Below are positions 9,796 through 19,501 of a DNA stretch of 20,000 nt, piece by piece. The DNA is from Chiloscyllium plagiosum (lineage: Eukaryota). Both the position numbers and the translations under genes were made by a program. Numbering within the stretch: the stretch's first letter is position 1; each line of letters begins with the position of its first letter. The notes under the pieces were generated by a model. The model did not search any database. It was not told the origin of the DNA and saw nothing but the letters and a program-made list of their open reading frames with translations. The stretch spans positions 75,264,797 to 75,284,796 of the forward strand of contig NC_057718.1 of NCBI RefSeq assembly GCF_004010195.1, written 5' to 3'.

Positions 9796-10529
9796 CTCTT
9801 AATATAAGTTTAACTTTATTTTAACGTTTATTCTAAGTATTCAATGTCATTGTTATTTAACCATTTTTAAATTGATTAGTAGTTAGCTATTTTACACATT
9901 GTTACTAAATGGTTATATATTAACTTGCTGAAAATACTCAGTTTGTCTGTGGAGGCTGGCATACAGGGGATGTCAATAAGGAAGATAACTCAAAACTGCA
10001 GCGATCAAGATATGAATGTTCTGTTTATTGATGTCTGTCAATGTCTACCTGGGATAATGGATCAATGCCAGAAAAAATTGCATGATCTGATATGTGAGTA
10101 TATCTGTTTGCATATGTATAAATGTCCTTACAATGTTACTAGTATTAACGTTGATCATTAAGTGCCTCAGAGCATTGACCTTTAGAAGTTCACAGAAGTC
10201 ATAAGATGTGTGACAAGACAGGACAGCATGATTTCATTTAAATTTTCATGTCTTCTTTCTGGCATTGCTGACTCAATGCACTGGAAGGATTTTTGACTAA
10301 AGCTGCAGGGCCATACAGCAAAGGTTCGCAAACAGCAAAAGTTCAGAAGGTGCCTTCTTGGCCATTCCGTTTCCAATATATGATAACAAGTGGAGATTCA
10401 GGCTTGGACATGAATAAAGATGATGGGATACTCTAGTCTAAGGCTTATAGTATTGGGAGAAGAGTTAAATTGTAACAAAGAATAACTATGTTTTATTTCT
10501 CCTCTGACAAAAGCCACGGACACGTCAGA

Positions 10530-10740
10530 TGGCAATGTAGCTCAGTTTGTTCCATTGTCCAAGATATCTGAAACAGGTGGGGATGGGACAGAGGCATTCT
10601 GAAGCAATGCAGTTGAAGAGGGAAGATATTGTGTTGAGGGTGACATTTCTGTCTCTGAGGGTAGTGATGATCGTAACAATTCATTGATCATTTTAAATGT
10701 AATAGTGTTTGAGGAGGGCATGGCTTGTGATGCTTTGTCT
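10530..10740 (+). mobile_element. Possible highly decayed CR1 endonuclease fragment
   Basis: Weak resemblance only (A..REDI..G and GS.DHN.I.F...-like stretches). Confidence 0.3.
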
Positions 10741-10745
10741 GTATC

Positions 10746-10822
10746 AGAGTCGAGAGTGCGGTGTTGGAAAAGCACACCAGGCCAGGTAGCATCCGAGAAG
10801 CAGGAGAATCGACATTTTGGGC
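10746..10822 (-). repeat. Truncated PLE pseudo-LTR fragment
   Basis: TGTTGGAAAAGCACACCAGGCCAGGTAGCATCCGAGAAGCAGGAGAATCGACATTTTGGGC matches the reverse complement of ~2952-3012 and also 19420-19481. Confidence 0.8.
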
Positions 10823-11104
10823 AACTGTAGCCTAGTATAGAGACACTGTTGCTGTCTACTTATAACACAGACCTCATATATATAGTGGAAGGGAATGTGT
10901 CGTATTCGTATCAGAGCTGCAATATAACTTTATGATGGAATATTTTATCAGAGAATCATAATATATCCATAAAAAAGACTGCCCTGCATTAATCAACTTT
11001 TTAAAAATGTCTTAAGTAAAGTTTTCACCAGATTGTCTCCTGTTGACTGAACGCATAAGTCACATAGAAAAGTTGTAACCTGAATCAATCAGGTTGACAT
11101 CAAT

Positions 11105-11400
11105 GAATGAAGTACAAAACTCTATTAAGAATTGCCTCAGTCATAAGTGAATGCAGGTCCTCACAGTGTTTTGGCAAGTGCCACACAAGTCACCAGTCCT
11201 GTGTTGAAGTGACCTACCAGTGCTGTGGTGATTTTCATTGGCATTGACAAGGTAGCAGGCATCGCAAGGTTCGCATAAAGTCTTCATCCAAAATGTACAG
11301 AGACATTCAATTGTATCTTTGTTGAAGGGTAGTCTCCTCACATAGCTCCTCAGACATCATTTTTGCATGTACACTCTGTGGGCTCAGTAATTGCTCCTCT
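11105..11400 (-). mobile_element. Decayed PIF/Harbinger (HARBI1-like) transposase N-terminal fragment
   Basis: Frameshift-joined translation: HRVYMQK..MSEELC/RRLPFNKDTIECLCTF/DED...MKITTAL/LQHRTGDLCGTCQNTVRTCIH/MTEAILNRVLYFIH. This follows the Harbinger pattern C.RRL.F.K.....LC...K.T.AL...GS.Q...GD..G..Q..V..CI..VT.AL. Confidence 0.7.
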
Positions 11401-12741
11401 GCACAACCATACATGAGCTGGACTCTCCTTTTGACCCAGTACCTGTGTGCATTCATCATCAGCAACACAACACTGGAAATTGAAACCTGAATGCTGAGGA
11501 AGAAAGTGGCAAACATATTTTCCACTAAAGGTTTCATTATAGGGATATTGGGATACTTACTAAAAGTGATTGGTAATATCGGCTATCAGCTCACTTGCAT
11601 ATATCGTATATCATTTAATAACAGTAAATTATAAAACACTGCACAACTCTTAACAGATATTTCAAATATGATCTCTAAAAATGTTATAAAGATCAATTAC
11701 AGACACTCTTGGCACTGAAGTACATCATTTGGCATGACTGAGCAATATCCTTACCTGAAACTTTTGGCATGTCTTCAATATCATTAATTCAAAAGGACAA
11801 CCTTTCACTTAATCTCACTAGCACTGAAATGTAATCTCTCAGCTATCAGTTGGAAACAATTGCATGGAGAGCTGTAAATTAACATCCCAATTGTTATCAA
11901 TTGTCATTTTCATTAATTGGCATCAAATATAATCACAGTACTCAAGCATTTGCATGTTAACTATATTATGAGATCCCCAGTGCTTTTAACTGACTGAAAC
12001 ATAGAGTTGATTGGATCAAGTCTCTGCAGTGAGATAACTTGACTAATTCTTTCTGCAGTTTATCATACAGTCTATACCATTTTCTATAATCCTATAGCCT
12101 GAATATAGCTGCATCTTAAGAAATCAAGCATATGCTTATTTCTGGACAGGTCTTACAGACATTAAATGCCAGTCCGCAATTTTTTGATGGTTGCTTATAG
12201 TAGTTACCTGACAAAGTTTAGCAGGATGCCCTGCATGCAGTCACTAGTAGTTCCTTACAGCAAATCATATAGAAAACCCCAAAGTGCTGACTTTCCACTC
12301 ACTTCAGCTGTAGTGGCATATTGGGAATTTCTCACTGATTCATCCAAAGACCCTCAACATTCTCAGGATCAAGTATAAATACTCTGGCATCAAACTTGCT
12401 GGCTTCTACAAGTTGTCCCACTTGTCCAAAATTAGGTCAACCAAGCTCCCCATTGAAGTGTGTCATGTTCATGACACTAACCTTTGCAAGCACATCACAG
12501 GTTCTACTCAGTGAGATTACCTTTGCATGGATTTCTCCTGATGATCACAACTCACATCAGAACCAAGCATGTACATCTTTCTAAGGGTCTCACAAAATTG
12601 CTTCAAGTAAAAATTCATGCACGGTTTACTTTCGTAACACCAGAGACCACCAGTCTTCGAAATTCCAGTTAATACAATCCTAACCAACTCACACTCTCCT
12701 CATACATCAGTCCTGCCAAATTCGGAGGAATCAATTTGGTG

Positions 12742-13311
12742 AACAAAAACAGAAGTTGTGAGAAAAACTCAGTAGGTCTGGCTGCATCTGTGGAGAGAAA
12801 GCAGAGCTAACATTTCAGGTACACTGACCCTTCTTCAGAACTGATTGCAGCTAGGAAAAGGTTGGCGGCATGGGGAGGGGGAAGAATAAACAGGAGATGG
12901 AAATAGAGGACAAAGAGAGAGATAAACAGTTGGACAGATAAAGGATTAGGAAAGTTCGGCTGGGAGAATGAATAGCTCCAAATTGGGACTATTAGTAGCA
13001 ATGGCAATGTGCGATGGCAATCCATGTCATGACAAGGCCTGGTGTGTGGGGTTTTGTAAGGATATGGGAGAAGGTGTTCAAGCCGTAAAATTGTTGAACT
13101 CAATATTGAGTCTTGAAGGCTACAGAGTTTCTAAGCAGATAATGAGGTGCTGTTCTTTCGGCTTGCACTGAACTTCACTGGAGGATTCCTTCATGCCTGA
13201 GATAGAATTTTAGGCCAGGGAACCCATTGGTAGGCAATTGGAAGCTCAGGCTCTATTTTTTGGACAGAATATAAATGTTCTGCGAAGCAGTCTCCCATTC
13301 TGCACTTTGTT
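12742..13311 (-). mobile_element. Penelope-like element 3' fragment (GIY-YIG C-terminus + pLTR)
   Basis: TKCRMGDCFAEH (~13275-13311), KEQHLIICLETL*PSRLNIEFNNF (~13088-13158), and a pLTR at 12742-12842. Confidence 0.85.
12805..12842 (-). ncRNA. Minimal hammerhead ribozyme-like motif
   Basis: Minus strand: AGTT-CTGAAGA-A-GGGT-CAGTGT-ACCT-GAAA-TG-TT-AGCT. Confidence 0.6.
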
Positions 13312-13317
13312 TTATAA

Positions 13318-14187
13318 CGTAGAACAGTATAGTACAGTACAGGCCCTTCAGCCCGTGATATTATGCCGCCCTTTTATCCAACTCTAAAATCAAACTAACC
13401 TCCATGCCCTCCATTTTATTATCATCCATGTGCTTATCCAAGAATCGCTTAAATGTCCATAATGTCTCTGACTCTACTACACCTCTGGCAGTGCATTCCG
13501 CACACCCACCACTCTCTCTGTAAAGAACCTATCTCTGACATCTCCCCAAAACCTTCCTCCAATCACCTTACAATTACGCCCCTGGTGATAGACATTTCCA
13601 CCCTGGGAAAAGGTCTCTGGCTATTCATTCTATCTATGCCTCTCATCATCTTATACACCTCTATCAACTCACCTCTTATCCTTCTTCACTCCACTGAGAA
13701 AAGCCCTAGCTCCCTTTACTTCATAAGACATGCTCAACCATCCAGGCAACATCCTGGTAAATCTCCTCTGCACCCTCTCTAAAGCTTCCACATTCTTCCT
13801 ATAATGAGGTAACCAAACTGAATACAATATTCCAAGTGTGGTCTAACCAGGGCTCTATAAAGCTGCAGCATAACCTCACGACTCTTGAACTCAATCCCCC
13901 TGCTAATGACAGCCAACACACCAAATGCCTTCTTAACATCTCTATCAACTTGGTTGGCAACTTGAGGGATCTATGGACATGGATCCCAAGATCCTTTAAC
14001 CCTGTATTCAAATTCAACCTTCCAAAATGAATCACTTCACACTTTTCCAGGTTGAACTCCATCTGCCACTTTTCAGCCCAGTTCTGTATCCTGTCAATGT
14101 CCTATTGCAACCCACAACAGTCCTCCACAGTATTCAACATTCCACCAATCTTCATGTCATTCACCACTCCACCAACCTTTGTGTCAG
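13318..14187 (-). mobile_element. CR1/HER1-like LINE 3' fragment
   Basis: WQMEFNLEKCEVIHFGRLN, KDLGIHVHRSLK, LYRALVRPHLEY-like and GELIEVYKMMRG-like motifs, and a 3' tail GGGCTGAAGGGCCTGTACTGTACT...GTTCTA. Confidence 0.9.
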
Positions 14188-14242
14188 TATAGAATGGACC
14201 AGATCTCTTCTACATTGGGAAAACAAAGCGCAGACTGGGAAT

Positions 14243-14303
14243 TTCCAGTAATTGCTGTTTTGTTTCTGATTTCCAGCATTTGTAGTTATTTTGTTTTTTT
14301 TTT
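14243..14303 (+). repeat. PLE pseudo-LTR 3' end fragment
   Basis: TTTCCAGTAATTGCTGTTTTGTTTCTGATTTCCAGCATTTGTAG resembles 3003-3047 and the reverse complement of 12742-12770. Confidence 0.6.
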
Positions 14304-14309
14304 GATCAT

Positions 14310-14445
14310 TGGTGGAACATTACTGCACTCCCTCCATAGCAAGAGCATGCTTCCTCAGATATGAAGACCAAAACTGTACACAATATTCCAAGTGTGGCCT
14401 CACCAATGTCCTGTATAATTGCAGCAGGACATTTTTATATGTATA
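14310..14445 (-). mobile_element. CR1 ORF2 fragment
   Basis: YKNVLLQLYRTLVRPHLEYCVQFWSSYLRKHALAMEGVQ. Confidence 0.9.
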
Positions 14446-14449
14446 CTGT

Positions 14450-14673
14450 AGGCAACATGGTCCCTCACAGTGCCAGGGACCCAGGTTTGATTCCAACCTA
14501 GGGTGACTGTCTGTGTGAAGTTGCATGTTCTCCTCATATCTGTGTGGGTTTCCTCTGGGTGCTCTGGTTTCTTTCTACAGTCCAAAGATGTAAAGGTTAG
14601 ATAGACTGGCCATGTTAAACTGTCCACAGTGTCCAGAAATGTGGTGTCTTAGTGGTTTAGCCATGGGAAATGC
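14450..14673 (+). mobile_element. HE1-like V-SINE, older and partial
   Basis: Decayed B box GGTTTGATTCC and V-domain CTGTGTGAAGTTGCATGTTCTCC...GGGTTTCCTCTGGGTGCTCTGGTTTC...AGTCCAAAGATGT; homologous to 7234-7554. Confidence 0.85.
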
Positions 14674-14680
14674 AGTTAGC

Positions 14681-14752
14681 GACAAAAAAAACTGCAGAAG
14701 CTGGAATCTAAGGTAGACAAGCAGGAGGCTAGACGAACACAACAAGCCAGCA
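14681..14752 (-). repeat. PLE pseudo-LTR terminal fragment of the same family as 5557-6411
   Basis: GACAAAAAAAACTGCAGAAGCTGGAATCTAAGGTAGACAAGCAGGAGGCTAGACGAACACAACAAGCCAG aligns directly with 5558-5626. Confidence 0.85.
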
Positions 14753-14941
14753 ATTTTCCTTTCCTAAAGGCGATTAGTGAACTAGATAGTTCCAACAATT
14801 TTCAACAATTGCCAATTGTTAGACTCTTAATTCCAGGTGCATATTGAATTCAAATTCCACCATGTGCCATGGTGGGATTTGAACCTGGGTCCGTAGAACA
14901 TTATCAGGATCTCTGGATTAGCAGTAGGCCACTGCCTTCCC
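14753..14941 (-). mobile_element. tRNA-derived SINE (non-HE1 family), 5' part
   Basis: B box GGTTCAAATCC (14875-14885), a head beginning GGGAAGGCAGTGGCCTA, and a body ending ...CTAGTTCACTAATCGCCTTTAGGAAAGGAAAA. Confidence 0.7.
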
Positions 14942-15057
14942 TTTGGTATTGTCAATGATTATTGCAATAGTAATTCATCATAAAATGGTAAGGGATGAAA
15001 TTAATATTTTCACTGGAAGAGCCATTCACACTCCATGCATGCTTATTTATTTGTAGA

Positions 15058-15161
15058 TCTACCTGTTACGAGACGTTATTATATATCTCTGGAGCAGTTA
15101 GGGCTTGAAGCCAGGCCACCTGACCTGGAGGTAGGACCCTACCATTACATCACAAGAGTCC
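15058..15161 (-). mobile_element. Short (~110 bp) tRNA-derived SINE, decayed
   Basis: Homologous to 18028-18141, with a decayed B box GCTTCAAGCCC. Confidence 0.55.
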
Positions 15162-17301
15162 TGATAAATTGTTTATATATTTCTCACATACAAGGAAGGA
15201 ATTTGTGGAATAGCAAAAGTACAGTCTCTTCAGCAGCCAAGCTAGCAATAGCCTGCAGCAGTGGTTAACTGGATAGAACGGCAAATAAAAGGGAGGAAGG
15301 TGAGGATCACTGCAAACAAAACTATGAGCAGAACTTAAAAGACTTCACAGCAAAAGAAACAGCAAGAACATGAAAGACCTGCTGAATAGGAAAATAAATT
15401 CAGAATTCTGTACTATGCATTATTGAACTGGTTTCCACAACACTGAGCTTCCCAAAGTAGTCAAAGAAGGTAACGTGATTTTCTCTTCTTATCAAAATTA
15501 CATTTCCTGTAAAAGTGCAACTTCCATGTGACATTTTCCCTTTCCTAGAGGATAATATTTACACTGAGGTAAGGGCAATCAGTGCAAATTTTAACATGCA
15601 TTTATTGTGCACAAGACACCAGTGCCCAGCAATTGTCCTGAAGAACCAGTCACTGGGATGTGCAGGATGACACCTAGCCCCCTAATAGCAAACTCTTCCT
15701 TCACACAGAGACCACCCTAAATGATGAAAATCACAAAAGTCTGTAAGTGGGAAAGAAGATCTGATATATGTACTACTCACAGAATAAAAAAAAACTTGAT
15801 TTTCTTGTTGACACAAGAAGAGAATGTAGTGCAATTCTCAAGACACAAGATTTTAGTGCAATCAACCCATCATCTTCATTGTCACATACTCAAATGCATT
15901 TCTTACCTGTATTGCATGAGTATTTTTGAGGTGACATGAACACACTGAGTTCTGACATTATAGGTGTTTAACCGTTACTAGCTATAAGGCAGCAACTCGT
16001 TGGTCATGATGAGATGATCTTGTGGTGAAATATTGTATTTTAAAGGCAGATAGCCTCATCGGTCCACACCTTTTTTCATAAGTACCTTATTCTCCATAAA
16101 ATGTAGCCAGCCTGAAACATATACTAAAATCATTTAGATTCCTTTTATTTCCTTCATAGTTAAGTTGTAATCTCTTATGAGTTGATGTAATAATATACTG
16201 TCTTTGCAGTGTTCATGAGATGGCAGTAAAGAAAAATGGAATGCCAGTGAAGACTGAGTTGGAAGTTAAGTGCACTGCCAATTGCTACTGTTTGAGCTCA
16301 AGACACCTGTTCACCACACAGAAAATGGATTTCAGTAATATAACGGGAGATATGCAGCCATTTGATAAATGAGGAGGATTAGCGTTCAGTTGTTTGTACA
16401 ACTCTCATGTTTTTATGCTCTGTATCTTTTCTATTTGGCTACCAATATTTTTATAGTTGAATATGTTTATAATTTCAGTTTTTGATTTATCATCTTTGTT
16501 CTTATTTTTATAGTTCTTATACTTATACAGTTTTTATAGTAATTATATTTATAACTTGCATGGTCTTGTATATTTTATACCATGTAGATTTTTTTAAAAT
16601 TATCTGACAAGTTTAATGAATTCAGTTAATTGCATTTTAATTTATTTTCTGAGTTTTTATTTCCCTAGTCTCAATGCTCAGTCTGCTGATTGAACTCAAT
16701 ATCAATTTATGGCAAACAACAAATACCTTTGACAGCTTGCGATGCCTTAAATGAAAACCTCTGGATATCTTTGAGAGCTTCTATGTGTTGATTCCAGTTA
16801 TTCGATACTTAAGATATACTGTCTCTTTGATATCGACGGGTGCTATCCACTCATTCCAAATGAGAATATTTGATAGCTGCACTCTTTCTAAGAGCACTGA
16901 AAGCAAAATTGATTTTGGAATTTTTGATAGGGATCGCAAGAGATACTCTGTTAAAATCTAAATCAACCATATGGCATTACAGAAACCAGTTAAGAGGTAT
17001 TTGCAAACACATATCCTTTACTTCAGAAAGAGCTGATCAAAACACTTTCACAGACTTATAACAATGAAATGTAACAAGCCAGTTAAAAGGCATTGCAATC
17101 ACATATTCTTCATTTCAGAATGAGCTCAGCAGAGGCTTTTGGAAATTAGGGACCTTTTTAAATGAACAAATATCTGAATTGCCTTATAATATTTTAAATG
17201 GGTTTTTCTAATTTAGAGTTACAGAGCAATTTCAACCTGCACAAAATGTTTTTAATTCACCTTTGCCAGCTCTTCAATAAAACTGCTGCCTTACTCAATT
17301 C

Positions 17302-17680
17302 GTAGAGTCATAGAATCTTATAGCACAAAAGTGGCCCTTCGGCCCTTTGGGTCTGCACTGATCTATCTACACTATTCCCATTTTCCAGCACTTGGACCAT
17401 AACCTTGAATGTTATGACATTTCATGTGCTTATCCACATACATTTTATAGACTGTGAGGGTTCCTGCCTCTCCTCCTCTCTTTACCCGTGTATTCCAGAT
17501 TCCTACCAAACTCTGGGTGACAGATGTTTTTCTCAAATCCTCTCTAAACATCCATCTGTTCACCTTAAAATTATGCCCCTTCATTATTGACTTCTCAACT
17601 AAGAGGAACAATTGCTTCCTCTCCACCCTGACTATGCCCCTCATAATCGTATGCATCTCATTCAGAATCCCCTCAGTCAA
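17302..17680 (-). mobile_element. CR1-like LINE 3' end
   Basis: IMRGIVRVERKQLF..V..S..KGHNFKV...FREDLRK....Q..VGIWN, and a tail GGGCCGAAGGGCCACTTTTGTGCT...TTCTATGACTCTA. Confidence 0.9.
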
Positions 17681-17774
17681 ATGGAAATCAAGTAAAGCAC
17701 ATCTTTAGGTTTCACTTTATCCATGTTGTTTGTAGCTCCTTCAAATAAAACTTCAACAGGCTTTTAAAAATGCT

Positions 17775-19290
17775 TTCAGATGATGTGGGCAGTATTTATT
17801 GTCTGTCCTGATTGTCCTTGAGGGGTGGTAGCAAGTTGCCTTTTTGAACAGCTACAGAAGTTTGACCCAGCAACAGTGGAGTGGAAAAACAACACTACAG
17901 TTCCAAGTCAGGATGGTGCACAGGAGGGGAACACATGTTCCCATGCACTTGTCCTTTTAGGTAGATAGAAGTTACAGCTTTGAAAGGTGCTGTCAAAGGA
18001 ACCTTGATAAGTTCTGCAGTGGATCTTGCCGTTATTTCCAATCAAATTATTTAGACATTTTGTGACACATCTCAGGTGAGACTTGAACCTGGGCCTTGTG
18101 GCACAACAGTAGGGATACTATCATTGAGTCACAACACCCCTTGCAATCGATCTTCCATGTTTAGTACACATTACTGCCACTGTGTGTCAGTGGTGAAAGG
18201 AGTATATGTATAAGGTAATAGATGGGGTGCTGATCAAACGGGTTGCTTTGTCCTGGATGATGTCAAGCCACTTGAGTATTGCTGGAGCAGCATACAAATC
18301 TGGGTAAGTGGAGAGTGCTCAATCATACTCCTGACTTGTGCTGTGCCAGTAGGACAGATTTTGGTGAGTCTGGAGATGGTTTCCTCACCTCAGAATTACT
18401 ACCCTTTGACAAAATCTTACATCTGTATTTTTACGTCTAATCCAGTTCAATTTTATCATTGGTAGCTCACAGGATATCAGTGATGGAGAGTTTAACAATG
18501 GTAATGCCTTTGAATATCAGTGGAAATGGTTAGAGTGTCTGTTATTGGAGATGGTTATTGACTGGTACATGTGTGACACAAATGTCACTTTATCAATGTA
18601 AGCCTGAGTGTTGTTCAGGTCTTGCGGCATTTGGACATAGACAGCTTCAGTATCTGAGGAGTTCCAAACAATGATAAACATTGTGCAGTCATCAGCAAAT
18701 ATTCCAACTTTTGAGCTTTTGATAGAGAAAGATCATTGATGAAGTGGTTGAAAATGATTGGGCTTTGGACACCAATCTGAGGATCTCTTGCAGCAATGAC
18801 CTAAGGTCCAGATGTTTGGCCTCCAACAATTACAACTATCTTCCTTTCTGCTCGGTCAGAATCCAACCAGTGGAGAGTTTTCCCTAATCCCTATTAACTT
18901 GAAGTTTGCTAGGGCTCTTTCATACCACACTCAGTCAAATGCTGCTTTAAAGTCAAAAACTGTCGCTCTCACTTTATCTCTGGAATTCACCTCTTTGACC
19001 ATGTTTGACAAAAGCTGTAATAAAGTGTGGATTGAGGTCTCTTGTTGAAACCCAAAATGAGAACCTGAAGCAGATTGTTGCTGAGTGGGGACTATTTGAT
19101 TGCACTATTAATGAAAACTCACCACAATTTGATGATGATCAAAAGTGGACAGATGGGGTGACAATTACCCAGGTCAAATTTATCCTACTTTTTATAGATG
19201 TGACATATCTGAATGATTTTCCAAATTGTCAAGTTGACACCTGAATTTGTAGCTGTACAGGAATACCATAGTTAACAGTGCAACTAATTC
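17775..19290 (-). mobile_element. Old LINE (CR1/L2 group, distinct family), RT through 3' end, decayed
   Basis: FDFKAAFD*VWY (~18922-18957), VGIFADDCT (FADD at 18688-18699), a C-terminal VAGSN...LFKKATCYH-like stretch, and AATAAA near 17795-17800. Confidence 0.8.
18028..18141 (-). mobile_element. Short tRNA-derived SINE nested in the LINE, with a diverged 13-bp TSD
   Basis: B box GGTTCAAGTCTC (18078-18089). Flanks TGCAGTGGATCTT (18015-18027) and TGCAATCGATCTT (18142-18154). Confidence 0.7.
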
Positions 19291-19407
19291 GAGACATAGA
19301 GTCATAGAAATGTGCAAGAGACCCTTCAGTCCAATTTGTCCATGCTGACCAGATATCCTAACCTAATCTAGTCCCATTTGCTAGCACTTGGCTCATATCC
19401 CTTTAAA

Positions 19408-19499
19408 GTTGAAACTTTATTGCTGGAACAGCACAGCAGGTCAGGCAGCATCCAGGGAACAGGAGATTTGACGTTTCGGGCACAGGCCCTTCTTCAGGA
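19408..19499 (-). mobile_element. 92-bp solo PLE pseudo-LTR insertion in the CR1 tail, with a perfect 11-bp TSD
   Basis: ATCCCTTTAAA at 19397-19407 and 19500-19510. The insert is homologous to 2932-3025. Confidence 0.9.
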
Positions 19500-19501
19500 A
19501 T
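19466..19501 (-). ncRNA. Minimal hammerhead ribozyme-like motif with intact core
   Basis: ATTC-CTGAAGA-A-GGGC-CTGT-GCCC-GAAA-CG-TC-AAAT: perfect stem II, ACGT palindrome, GUC cleavage triplet. Confidence 0.75.

Noticed and set aside
11755..11823. Minus-strand exon-like segment with CAG/GTAAGG donor
   Set aside because: Stops in all three frames from the nearest good acceptor.
12126..12739. Short palindromes (AAGCATATGCTT at 12126, GTGTCATG-TT-CATGACAC at 12460, CCAAATT..AATTTGG at 12716)
   Set aside because: Isolated 6-8 bp stems are expected by chance in 20 kb, and nothing links them.
16727..16896. Minus-strand 170-nt exon-like segment with good acceptor (TTTTGCTTTCAG) and donor (AAG/GTATTT)
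   Set aside because: Stop codons in all three frames, so it is not a coding exon; a non-coding exon cannot be excluded.
16734..16952. Superficial snRNA similarity: ATGCCTTAAA (U12 5' end) and Sm-like AATTTTTG followed by a stem-loop
   Set aside because: Matches are at most 10 nt and do not extend to U12, U4 or U5 sequence; likely chance in AT-rich DNA.
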